From a virus (lineage: Duplodnaviria; Caudoviricetes): 42,742 nt of DNA. Location of the stretch: IMG/VR virus record IMGVR_UViG_3300017655_000009, positions 1 through 42,742 of that record; one strand, 5' to 3'. Below are positions 9,360 through 18,126 of this stretch, piece after piece (the stretch's first letter is position 1; the number at the start of each line of letters is the position of its first letter). Below the pieces are notes generated by a model. The model worked only from the letters and a program-made list of their open reading frames with translations, had not been told where the DNA came from and searched no databases. The translations under genes were made by a program, and so were the position numbers.

Positions 9360-10574
9360 TTAAATTGCCAGGATTGCTAATTCTTTTGCACGAGTAACCC
9401 CAACATAGCGTAATCTCCGTACAGTATCGGCATCCATGAATTGTTCATCCCAATAAAGTACGTTATCAAAGTCAGAACCTTGAGAAATATGAGCTGTAAT
9501 AGCATGGGCAGATTCCATTCTGATACCAAAACGTTTTCCGTATTCCCAACTGCTATATTCTTCATGTGCTCCACAATCTTCTTGGAAATAATCAAAATCT
9601 ATAGGAAGATTTATATAGTAATTGCTATTAGTGTATTCAGGCATGAAGTCTGCTCTGATAGTTCTAGATTTCAAATCTATAGAAGATTTCGATACATCAT
9701 GAATAATATGGCCTATAACACCATTGGTCAACGGAATATTATCCAGAGTTTTATTCCAATAGTTATATCTGCAGATAATCTTATCTCCCTTGACAGGAAG
9801 TTTCGATTTTATTCCTAGAAGATCATTTCGAATCATTCTATTAAAATAATTGCGAGTTTTATTCTTACCACAGATTATTATATCACTATTCAATAGAATA
9901 ACTCTACTCTTTAGAATGTCTAGCTTAGGAATAACGAATGCATCTTTCTTAAACATCGTTTTCTTTGTAGGTAATTCTTCTCCAGTTCTTATCAATGTAG
10001 CGAGTTCAACTATTCCAGATTCTTTACCTTGCCTAGTTATTTCTTTAATGAAATAATCAGGTTTCAATAAATATCTTGGTCTGCCATATACAGGACCAAG
10101 TTGTTCTGGATCGCCACATACACAAACAGGTAATCCAAAGGATTCTGCAATTTCACCAAGTTCATCTGGGAAAAAGTATCCTTCGTCAATGAAGATCATT
10201 TTAATTCCTCTTGGAAGGAAATCTTTTCTTTTAAAATCCCATTTCTTTAATATTCTATTATCTTTTTTAATGAAATTCCCATCACGATCAGTCATAGGAA
10301 CTTGAATATTTTCCATCATGGCTGCATGAGCAGATGTTGCTTTGAATCCAGTTTTAAGTGTAAAGTTAGACGCAGCTTTGCCTGTAAATGACATACTTAA
10401 AACTTCATCAGGTTCAAGCCCCATTTTCTTGACCATCTCAGGGACAACTGTAGTTTTACCTACGCCGGGATATCCAGCATATTCAAATACTTGTTTAGTT
10501 TGCTTCTTATACCATTTACTCCCTTCAGCTATGCACTCTTTCTGATCATCAGTCCATTTGAATGCATTTGCCAT
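9360..10574 (-). CDS. SF1B helicase, Dda/RecD-like
   Basis: GYPGVGKT, IFIDE, GDPEQLGPV, ITRQ, ITAHISQGS, YVGVTRA. Confidence 0.92.
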   Translation of the reverse strand: MANAFKWTDDQKECIAEGSKWYKKQTKQVFEYAGYPGVGKTTVVPEMVKKMGLEPDEVLSMSFTGKAASNFTLKTGFKATSAHAAMMENIQVPMTDRDGNFIKKDNRILKKWDFKRKDFLPRGIKMIFIDEGYFFPDELGEIAESFGLPVCVCGDPEQLGPVYGRPRYLLKPDYFIKEITRQGKESGIVELATLIRTGEELPTKKTMFKKDAFVIPKLDILKSRVILLNSDIIICGKNKTRNYFNRMIRNDLLGIKSKLPVKGDKIICRYNYWNKTLDNIPLTNGVIGHIIHDVSKSSIDLKSRTIRADFMPEYTNSNYYINLPIDFDYFQEDCGAHEEYSSWEYGKRFGIRMESAHAITAHISQGSDFDNVLYWDEQFMDADTVRRLRYVGVTRAKELAILAI

Positions 10575-11077
10575 TATTTCTTAGATTTCTCCTTTTTGGA
10601 GTCTGAAACTTTCTCATCCAGTTTCAGAATGCTCCCAATATTTTCCTTGAACTTATCTCCGGAAAGAACCATTTTACAAAGTACAGCTCCCATTAATACA
10701 TTGAGATTTTTCATACCATATACTTTAAGCTTCTTAGTATCTTTAGAGTAAGTTAATTTCATAACACCTTCAAGTAACTTGTCATCATCTTTCATATTCT
10801 GATATTCGAATAAACTTTCACAATCATAGAGATCAGAAAACAGATTTATAAGGTATTGAGCATGATTTGGATTAGTAAATGGTCTGATTGGGATCAATTC
10901 ATCATCTTTGAAATCTTTCATATCCTTGTATGGAACCAAAGTAAAATATTTAGACTTATACTTGAGCGGCATAGCTCCAGTATACAATTTACCTTCATCC
11001 TCATCAATTTCCATATTATCAAGCAGTAATTTCGTCAATTGATGTTCTTTAATATGCACATATCGTTTCTGTTTCAT
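10574..11077 (-). CDS. Hypothetical protein (start moved to ATG 11077)
   Basis: SD AAAGAGGT before MKQKRY; the longer annotated start overlaps the divergent gene. Confidence 0.7.
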   Translation of the reverse strand: MKQKRYVHIKEHQLTKLLLDNMEIDEDEGKLYTGAMPLKYKSKYFTLVPYKDMKDFKDDELIPIRPFTNPNHAQYLINLFSDLYDCESLFEYQNMKDDDKLLEGVMKLTYSKDTKKLKVYGMKNLNVLMGAVLCKMVLSGDKFKENIGSILKLDEKVSDSKKEKSKK

Positions 11078-11125
11078 TTTTAATCCAACCTCTTTCATAA
11101 TTTTAATAGAATGGATGGTGTTTTC

Positions 11126-11503
11126 ATGGCTGATTTTAGACAACCAGGAGTAAAAGAATTTATGACTGGTTATACAGTTGAAGATTATAATTACAATGTA
11201 TGGGAAATGAAACTTTATATTCCCGAACTTATGGCTGATAAGCAGGCATCATCATCGTCTTCTATTATTTCCATCCCTCCTGATATCTTCCAATCAAAGG
11301 AAAATATACATGTACCTACTTCAGTGTCCAATAATAATTATATTTCTATTGTCGTTAGTAGAGGATTTGCTGGTGCATTTAAGGCTTTAGGATTTGACGA
11401 CTATATTGCTCATCCAACCCCACATTTTCCAAAGGGAAGTAGGATGGTCATATTTGTCCCGGATAATAATTTAGAACTAGCAGTTGTAGTCCCATTTATT
11501 TAA
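11126..11503 (+). CDS. Putative baseplate hub/spike OB-fold protein (T4 gp5 N-terminal-like)
   Basis: KLYIPELM...FPKGSRMVIFV pattern; next to a gp53-like gene; start moved to MADFRQ. Confidence 0.45.
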   Translation: MADFRQPGVKEFMTGYTVEDYNYNVWEMKLYIPELMADKQASSSSSIISIPPDIFQSKENIHVPTSVSNNNYISIVVSRGFAGAFKALGFDDYIAHPTPHFPKGSRMVIFVPDNNLELAVVVPFI

Positions 11504-11518
11504 CAAGGAGTGATATGA

Positions 11519-11902
11519 ATGGCATCAAAAAGTAAAACACTTACTCAATATGCTTCTGTAGTTAATAAAGACTTCTTTAATTTACGTAAAGTAAGCAAGA
11601 TTGAAACTTTCGATGGATTCGAGTTTCTTGCATCAATCTCTATAGAAAGATATCTCGATATTCTATTAGAAAATGCTGAAACTATTACCTTATCAGAAAC
11701 TGAAGCTAATAAATACAAATATAAACCTAAAGTATTATCAAAGTTTATTTATGATACTGAAAATCTCTACTATCTATTATTGCTGATGAATAATATGACA
11801 GTCGAAACCTTCAATCCTACCACATTGGTAGTGCTCAGTGCATCCAATAGATCATTGGTCGAGGATATAGTGAACCTCGAAAGGAAACTCAAAAATATTT
11901 AA
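11519..11902 (+). CDS. Putative baseplate wedge protein (T4 gp53/LysM-like)
   Basis: YKYKPKVLSKFIYDTENLYYLLLLMNN motif; SD AAGGAGTGAT. Confidence 0.65.
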   Translation: MASKSKTLTQYASVVNKDFFNLRKVSKIETFDGFEFLASISIERYLDILLENAETITLSETEANKYKYKPKVLSKFIYDTENLYYLLLLMNNMTVETFNPTTLVVLSASNRSLVEDIVNLERKLKNI

Positions 11903-11907
11903 AAAAA

Positions 11908-11936
11908 GAATGGCAGGATTAGAACTCCTGCCATTC
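11908..11936. terminator. Bidirectional terminator overlapping helicase stop codon
   Basis: 11-bp stem GAATGGCAGGA/TCCTGCCATTC between convergent genes. Confidence 0.75.
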
Positions 11937-13865
11937 ATCTTTCTTTTTGAAGAAATCTTCGTTTCTCGTGATTGCAATACAACCACGTTCGTTTCTGACA
12001 TATTTGTCGTCCTTATTATAAGTGCGGAATATCGTTTCGAGTTTTGCTTCCTCGTCAATATTCGCAGTTTTCTTCTCAAGCTTCTCTTTGATAGCTTTCC
12101 GTTCATTGATGATATCTCCGAGGAACTTGAAGTCCATCGCAGAATCACCTGTAATTTCCTCAGTAACTTGTGTTCTTTTCTTTTGAACTGGAAGTTCCTT
12201 AACCTCCCGTTTCCTTGGAGATCTTCTGCTGACGATTTCATTGTCTTCTCTGATTTCATCAAGCGAAGTTCTGGATAAAGATTCATCCAGATAAATATCT
12301 TGCAGAAGTTTAATACCATTTTCAGGATCAAATGGATGAGCAAAATAATCAGCAAACTTATGCTTCTTACCTTTACTCGATCTTTGTTTCATATCTTTAA
12401 AAGACATGTATTCGTTTCCTTCTGCATCCATCTCTCTATTGATGGCAGTTGCAGAGTCAACGTTCTTCAGAATAGCAAATGCTTCAGATATGAACGACTT
12501 TCCTAACAGGCGTCCAATATCATACTTATTTCCATCAGCTCCAGATTCGATAGATTCAGCAGCTTTACGATTAAACTGTCCAGCTCCAATAACTGGAATG
12601 CTCAGACGTTTAGCTAGTACCGAATAATCATTTGCAATTTCAGCAAGTTCAAATCTTAATTCAGCATGACCTTTAGAAGATCGAATACGTTCGATATAGT
12701 CATGCAATAATGCAATAACTTCACGACCAGTATCTTCGATATCACTAATGATAGTGTAAAGATCAAGAGTACAAATTTCTTTATCATCATAATATTTGAT
12801 AATAATATCAATATCATCTTCAGTATTGAGAGTCAATTCACCTTTGGTTCTCAGAAGCTTAACTACCTCAGAAGGAGTAAAGTTTCTGATATTGGTTCCA
12901 CTGACTTCCATGTTAAAGATACGTTCAACGGTTTCTGCAATAGTATTCTCTTGAGAGATGTACACTACCGCTGGACGTTTAGATGGATCTTTAGTTTTGA
13001 TCTTATTACATTTCTTCAGGAAGATCAAAAGATTCAAGAGTAATACGGATTTACCAGCACCAGTCATACCAAAGAATAGATAAGAACGAGCTTGTTCAAA
13101 TCCACCATTCAACATGATATTCAATGCCTGGATACCCGCAATAAGTTTATTACTTGGGTCTTTCAGTTTCTTAACGATTTGCTTTACAATGCTATCGAAA
13201 CTTCCCTCACTAAGATCTAATGTCATGGTGTCTTCAGAGAAATTCTCAGCATTTCTTATATCAAACAGAAGATTTGTAATTACTTCTTTAATTCTTTGAG
13301 TAATATCTCTTAGGGTTGTATAGTTATGAGATTCCAAATCCTCGAATATAGTGAATATTTCATCCTTATATGAGAATACGAATCCATGAATAAGTCTATC
13401 AACCACATAAGAGTTCAGATATTGAGTCATTCGAGAGTTCAACTTAATCTTGTTAAACTCTGGAAGAATCTCTTCTCTGATGAGATTTTTATTCTCACAT
13501 TTTTCTAGAGCATAATTCAACATGATCTTTCTATTATCGAAGCCCATGTGTAAACGAGCTTCAAGTAATAGTGACAACAAATCAATCCTCGCACGCAAGG
13601 ATTGATTGTTTTTATACATATTCATATTACATAAGCTTATCAGAGTAAACAGGTTGTTTAGAGCAGATCGTGTTATAAAAGCATTATCAATATCATATGC
13701 ATATGCAAGCAACAGATCCAACGTTTCAATGTCTAATTTTATAGGAACTTTCTTATATTTTATACCAGTATTTGGTTTTACATTTCCAACAGTTCCTCTG
13801 GAAATAGCAGTATCTTCAGGATACTCATGAGGTAAAGTATCTTCTACTAATGCTGACAGTGACAA
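11919..13865 (-). CDS. DnaB-like (SF4) replicative helicase
   Basis: Walker A GMTGAGKS, YISQEN, HDYIERI, AGQFNR. Confidence 0.88.
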   Translation of the reverse strand: MSLSALVEDTLPHEYPEDTAISRGTVGNVKPNTGIKYKKVPIKLDIETLDLLLAYAYDIDNAFITRSALNNLFTLISLCNMNMYKNNQSLRARIDLLSLLLEARLHMGFDNRKIMLNYALEKCENKNLIREEILPEFNKIKLNSRMTQYLNSYVVDRLIHGFVFSYKDEIFTIFEDLESHNYTTLRDITQRIKEVITNLLFDIRNAENFSEDTMTLDLSEGSFDSIVKQIVKKLKDPSNKLIAGIQALNIMLNGGFEQARSYLFFGMTGAGKSVLLLNLLIFLKKCNKIKTKDPSKRPAVVYISQENTIAETVERIFNMEVSGTNIRNFTPSEVVKLLRTKGELTLNTEDDIDIIIKYYDDKEICTLDLYTIISDIEDTGREVIALLHDYIERIRSSKGHAELRFELAEIANDYSVLAKRLSIPVIGAGQFNRKAAESIESGADGNKYDIGRLLGKSFISEAFAILKNVDSATAINREMDAEGNEYMSFKDMKQRSSKGKKHKFADYFAHPFDPENGIKLLQDIYLDESLSRTSLDEIREDNEIVSRRSPRKREVKELPVQKKRTQVTEEITGDSAMDFKFLGDIINERKAIKEKLEKKTANIDEEAKLETIFRTYNKDDKYVRNERGCIAITRNEDFFKKKDEWQEF

Positions 13866-13889
13866 CAGTCATCAAGCTCCTCTCTCAAT

Positions 13890-13901
13890 CATATAATAGT
13901 C
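13890..13901 (-). promoter_or_regulatory. Late-type promoter variant GACT-ATTATA-TG
   Basis: Fits RACH-N6-TR just upstream of the helicase SD. Confidence 0.5.
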
Positions 13902-13918
13902 GAGGACCATATAAATTA

Positions 13919-15145
13919 TTAGTTCCTAGTCAGGAGATCATTGCTTGTAAGTAAGATCTGTAGCTTCTCCAGAGGAATCAACTCATGATACTCCTCATTA
14001 ATAAAACGTTGTAATTTTTCATGAAATGGGATTTTTTTATCCCTGAGATACTCTTTTTTATTCGCTTCTTTAGTTTCAGCGTGAACTATAATTTCAGCTT
14101 CTTTTACAGATAGAGCTTTGAACTTCAGCTTATTCACAATTTTGTGATTTCCATAGTAGTTTCTCAGAACTTGTATCTTAGAAATATCAGCGTTTGAAGC
14201 TGCATACTGAATATCCAGACACACTCTATCAGCTTTAGATGTTTCAATAAACTTATCAATTTTCTTTACAATATCATTCAGATCAGTTCTCTCAAACTCC
14301 GAATGTTTCATGAAGAATGTATTGAATTTGAATGCTAATGTATTTTCAACTCTTTCAGCAATAAACTTAGAAGTTTCTTTATCGTAAGCAGTAACCATCC
14401 ATCCTTTTGCTTCTTCCTCACTATGAGAGAATCGAGTAAAGGAATTCAAGTAATAGATACGTCCTCTATATCTAAGATTCGCATGAACATGTCCAAATAG
14501 AATTGGACCCTTGCACATTCTTATCAACTCTTTAGAATCATAAATTATATTTTTAGAAAGAGCTTGTTCAGTATCTTGCTTAACAAATTGGGTTTCAGTC
14601 ACTGAACCGTGACCTAATACATAATCAAAATAGTTATCAGGATATTCGTAAATTTTCTTTTCTTCTTCAGAATCTTTAATATAAATATCAGGTAAGCATA
14701 AAATTTTCAATCCTTTAACTTCGATCTCCGTAGGTTCTTCTATGAAATGTACATCCAGATCTTTGCGATCAACGTATTCGGACATAGCTACTTCAATATC
14801 TACTCGACTCTTCCCGTTTTTATAGAATTTAACATTATTAAGATGATCACAATCATGAGATATTGTACCTCTTATCACTATCACAGATGCATTCTTTTCT
14901 TTAGCAATATTTATCACAGAATCAAAGAACCATAAGTATACTTCAGCTAGTTTTGAGTTAAATGGTAATGGACAATCAGACACATCACCATTTATAGATA
15001 TGAAATCCAAAAACATCATTTCAGACATAGGCTTAATATATTTTTCATATAATTGATACTTAAATTCATCGGCTGTAATTGCTCTTACACCTATATGAAT
15101 ATCTGCAATATGAGTACCTACTTTTAATTTATCACGAATTTCCAT
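13919..15145 (-). CDS. SbcD/Mre11-like metallophosphoesterase nuclease
   Basis: DIH, GD, GTISHD, GH and GHVH motifs; SD GAGGTGAT before ATG 15145. Confidence 0.88.
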   Translation of the reverse strand: MEIRDKLKVGTHIADIHIGVRAITADEFKYQLYEKYIKPMSEMMFLDFISINGDVSDCPLPFNSKLAEVYLWFFDSVINIAKEKNASVIVIRGTISHDCDHLNNVKFYKNGKSRVDIEVAMSEYVDRKDLDVHFIEEPTEIEVKGLKILCLPDIYIKDSEEEKKIYEYPDNYFDYVLGHGSVTETQFVKQDTEQALSKNIIYDSKELIRMCKGPILFGHVHANLRYRGRIYYLNSFTRFSHSEEEAKGWMVTAYDKETSKFIAERVENTLAFKFNTFFMKHSEFERTDLNDIVKKIDKFIETSKADRVCLDIQYAASNADISKIQVLRNYYGNHKIVNKLKFKALSVKEAEIIVHAETKEANKKEYLRDKKIPFHEKLQRFINEEYHELIPLEKLQILLTSNDLLTRN

Positions 15146-15161
15146 TATAATCACCTCAAAT

Positions 15162-15174
15162 AAATAATATATAT
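15162..15174 (-). promoter_or_regulatory. Early-type promoter ATATATATTATTT
   Basis: Near-consensus copy upstream of the SbcD-like gene. Confidence 0.6.
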
Positions 15175-15208
15175 TTTTTTATACCATATAATTTAACTTG
15201 CAATATGT

Positions 15209-15243
15209 CAATTAGTAGTCGTGACAATGACGACATTTTAATA
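15209..15243. promoter_or_regulatory. Divergent late-type promoters (minus 15209-15220 GACT-ACTAAT-TG; plus 15232-15243 GACA-TTTTAA-TA)
   Basis: Both fit RACH-N6-TR between divergent genes. Confidence 0.55.
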
Positions 15244-15273
15244 TAATATTTACACCGAAAGGGTGACCGAATC

Positions 15274-15522
15274 ATGATAAACGACTCTGTGAAGACTTCG
15301 TTAGTTGCCATACTTGAGGGAACATACATCACCGAATCGGATAACGAACTTGATTTGAAAAATGAAAAATGGTGCTCATGTAAAAATCCCAATGGCTTTA
15401 ATTTCGTTAAAGCAGAAGGTAGACAGCAAATATGGCGTCATATTAACTGTGGCGGACTTGTAATTCGGCCTATGTACAAACACGTCGGCGAGGGAATTGA
15501 CTGGGAAAAGTGGAAAGACTGA
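15274..15522 (+). CDS. Small protein with ILEG leader and Cys/His Zn-ribbon-like cargo; putative internal head protein
   Basis: SD AAAGGGTGA; VKTSLVAILEGT leader; CSC...HINC; own terminator. Confidence 0.75.
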   Translation: MINDSVKTSLVAILEGTYITESDNELDLKNEKWCSCKNPNGFNFVKAEGRQQIWRHINCGGLVIRPMYKHVGEGIDWEKWKD

Positions 15523-15528
15523 AAAATA

Positions 15529-15562
15529 ATCATACTAATGAGTAAAATCTCATTAGTATGAT
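15529..15562. terminator. Bidirectional terminator
   Basis: 14-bp perfect stem between convergent genes. Confidence 0.8.
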
Positions 15563-15570
15563 CTTTATTT

Positions 15571-16275
15571 CTATATTAATTCCTTTCCCCAATATTTTTG
15601 ATTAAGATAATAATAATCATAGTAAAAGTCCACTAATTTTTTGAAGCATTCTCTATAAGCTTTCATTTCATCTTTATCATCAATCAATTTTATCTTAGCA
15701 GGTTTGCCAGTCTTTTTATCCAATAAGATTACCATATATCCTTTAACTTTTGTATCATCATTTTCTCTTAGAAGAAGATCATATGCAGCCATTTGCAGGA
15801 ACATAGAGAGATAAAATTGACTACTTGTTTTAAAATCACAGATAGTTAAATACTCTTTATACTCTGCTAAAAGGTCAAGTGTTCCACCGAACTTTTCTCC
15901 AGATAATGATCTTTCATTTGAAATAATCTTGAAATCTTTCCTATTTTCCATCCAGAATTGAGTGAATGATAAGAATGCTTTTCTTGCACATAGATTTTCA
16001 GCAACTCTATTTTGATTCATAAAAGAATCGAGTTTAACTTTTCCGGTCTTAAAATATTCATCTATAGTATTATGTGTAACAGATCCTATATAGGCATGAC
16101 ATTCTAATTCTTTCTTTACATCAATCCTCTTAAACCCAAGGAAGTTTGCCCAACCTAATAATTCTTCTTTATTTATGATTTTCAGTATGGTAGTAACAGA
16201 AGGTACTACATCGCCATTAGGATTTCTATATACATGATGATCTTCTAATTGCTTAAATATAGGAACAGAAGACAT
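15571..16275 (-). CDS. PD-(D/E)XK exonuclease
   Basis: PSVTTIL, GTLD...DFKTS, QMAAY. Confidence 0.85.
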   Translation of the reverse strand: MSSVPIFKQLEDHHVYRNPNGDVVPSVTTILKIINKEELLGWANFLGFKRIDVKKELECHAYIGSVTHNTIDEYFKTGKVKLDSFMNQNRVAENLCARKAFLSFTQFWMENRKDFKIISNERSLSGEKFGGTLDLLAEYKEYLTICDFKTSSQFYLSMFLQMAAYDLLLRENDDTKVKGYMVILLDKKTGKPAKIKLIDDKDEMKAYRECFKKLVDFYYDYYYLNQKYWGKELI

Positions 16276-16295
16276 AGGTAATTTCCCCTCTCAAC

Positions 16296-16313
16296 AACTA
16301 TTAATTAATAGTC
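16296..16313. promoter_or_regulatory. Palindromic bidirectional late-type promoter
   Basis: 16-bp palindrome ACTATTAATTAATAGT gives AACT-ATTAAT-TA on plus and GACT-ATTAAT-TA on minus. Confidence 0.6.
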
Positions 16314-16343
16314 TACTTCAAAATAAGAAAGGATCTGATCTTT

Positions 16344-16685
16344 ATTCAGCCGAAAATCAGGCGTCAACTAAGATCAATTCTTGAAGGGACAAGTGAAATG
16401 GACAACGCTACCATTCTTGAAAGCAACAATGCTGACGATATCAGCAGGGTAGATAACCATATCGCTAAAACCCAGTCCCTAATTCAAGAAGCTAAAGATC
16501 GAATTAAGGAACTTGATCGTGTGATCAGTGACGGTCATGGTTCCACTTCTGAAGATATACGAAAGTCGGTTCAAATTGCTAAAGAGCATAAAGAAATGTA
16601 CAATTCTCTTCTTAAAAAAGATCAGGAAGAACTTTCTGCCCTTGAAAAGAGGAAACACGAATTAACTCTATCGCAACAAGGTTAA
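16344..16685 (+). CDS. Coiled-coil protein with ILEG leader; probable ATT start 18 codons upstream of annotated ATG
   Basis: AAAGGATCTGAT-CTTT-ATT; in-frame extension QPKIRRQLRSILEGTSE matches the neighbours' leader. Confidence 0.7.
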   Translation: MQPKIRRQLRSILEGTSEMDNATILESNNADDISRVDNHIAKTQSLIQEAKDRIKELDRVISDGHGSTSEDIRKSVQIAKEHKEMYNSLLKKDQEELSALEKRKHELTLSQQG

Positions 16686-16710
16686 TACCAAAAATTCCTA
16701 ACAAGGAGAG

Positions 16711-17361
16711 ATGACAATGTTTGAAGTCGATAAGAAATTGAAAGCGATTTTGGAAGGTGCAACTGACATTACCCCTCATCGTGATTTTGAAGATGAAGGT
16801 GGTATGGACGATGAAATGATCATGGAAGCTGCTTTGGCAATTTTCATGGCAGAATCCGATATCGTGGGTGATGTATTTACCGAATCCAGCCTTGACGGCG
16901 TGCCATTGGTTCAACTTCTTCGCGAAATGACCGAAGAAGAAATCCGGGATGATATCGAAAAGAAACGTACTCGTTGGCAGCGATTTAAAGAAGCATTCAA
17001 ACGATTTCTCAACTCCCCGTTCGATCCATACGGCGGCTTGAAGGAATTGAAGCTTGTAAACGAATTGATTAAGGATGACACAACTGCTGGTATTGCAGCA
17101 GCGATCCCATTCCTGGGTATCGGAATCGTCATCTATCAACGTGCAAAGAAATATAAAAACTTCCCTGAAGCTACTGCTCGTGAGTATATTGCTGAAGCTC
17201 AGAAGCAGAAGAAATACTTGGAGAAAATTTATGCCAACCTCTCGAAAGAAGAGGATAAGAAATACAAAAAGGCTGCAAGACGCGTTAAAGGTCAAATCAA
17301 TTATATCGAATCGTGGATCAGAGAATTTGATCGTCGGGCGATTGATAAGACCCTTCTGTAA
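16711..17361 (+). CDS. Protein with ILEG leader, acidic propeptide and a hydrophobic helix; putative internal/ejected head protein
   Basis: VDKKLKAILEGA; IME-A and FTE-S sites; AGIAAAIPFLGIGIVIY. Confidence 0.8.
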   Translation: MTMFEVDKKLKAILEGATDITPHRDFEDEGGMDDEMIMEAALAIFMAESDIVGDVFTESSLDGVPLVQLLREMTEEEIRDDIEKKRTRWQRFKEAFKRFLNSPFDPYGGLKELKLVNELIKDDTTAGIAAAIPFLGIGIVIYQRAKKYKNFPEATAREYIAEAQKQKKYLEKIYANLSKEEDKKYKKAARRVKGQINYIESWIREFDRRAIDKTLL

Positions 17362-17370
17362 CAATAAGAG

Positions 17371-17398
17371 AGGAGAAGACAGTTTTCTGTCTTCTCCT
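17371..17398. terminator. Terminator between convergent genes
   Basis: 12-bp perfect stem AGGAGAAGACAG/CTGTCTTCTCCT. Confidence 0.8.
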
Positions 17399-17406
17399 TT
17401 CACTTT

Positions 17407-18051
17407 TTAATCGTATTGCTTTACGTATTTCTTTACTCTATCCAAAATCTTAAATATGCCATTATCAACATATCCATTCTTCTTGGATTCAGCAATGTAA
17501 TCTTTTATCAGATTATATTGCTCGGCGTGGAAACCTTTTTTATATTTCGTAATGAATTTATCAATTTTACCAAATCCCATCTCAAACGGTAAGAAGTGGG
17601 AATTGTTTTCAGCAGCTTCATGACAAGTTTCACAGAGCATTACTAATTGGATATTGAATTTTTCATGCTCCTTGAGAACGATATCAGCAATCATGAATGT
17701 ATTTACCTTGAGATCTTCATCATCATTTATAAGGTGATCTGTTACAATCATGCAAATTGTTTCAAGATCGAATATTGGCCCATGATGTTGCTCAATAGGA
17801 GCCATATCAGATGTGATACCGGAATGGACTTGACATCTGTTAAGACCGAGATTATACAGTTCATGTTTACAGTTATCATATCTAGGATCTTTCCTAACCA
17901 AAGCTTTAACCCCGTTTATGAACTTTGTATACATTTCATAATCACTAAGATCATCTTTAGATAATTTATATTTGAGAATTGTGCCATCTTTGATGGACTT
18001 TATTTTGGGATTATTTTCCCCTTTGAATGTGAATCCTGACATATATTTCAC
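17407..18051 (-). CDS. HNH-like (His-Me finger) protein
   Basis: RCQV...IEQHH...LVMLCETCH. Confidence 0.65.
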   Translation of the reverse strand: MKYMSGFTFKGENNPKIKSIKDGTILKYKLSKDDLSDYEMYTKFINGVKALVRKDPRYDNCKHELYNLGLNRCQVHSGITSDMAPIEQHHGPIFDLETICMIVTDHLINDDEDLKVNTFMIADIVLKEHEKFNIQLVMLCETCHEAAENNSHFLPFEMGFGKIDKFITKYKKGFHAEQYNLIKDYIAESKKNGYVDNGIFKILDRVKKYVKQYD

Positions 18052-18074
18052 CCTCCCTAAATATTTAATACGAA

Positions 18075-18104
18075 AACAGCATAATAACTGATTATCTCTC
18101 TGTT
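18075..18104. promoter_or_regulatory. Face-to-face late-type promoters (plus 18075-18086 AACA-GCATAA-TA; minus 18093-18104 AACA-GAGAGA-TA)
   Basis: Two exact AACA-N6-TA matches serving divergent genes. Confidence 0.7.
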
Positions 18105-18126
18105 TAATAAGGAAAGAGGTGTAACA

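Noticed and set aside
15571-16275. Cas4 call for the PD-(D/E)XK nuclease
   Set aside because: It lacks the four-Cys Fe-S cluster pattern of Cas4.
16612-17403. 263-aa minus-strand ORF
   Set aside because: Antisense to 16711..17361, starts inside a terminator hairpin and has no SD.
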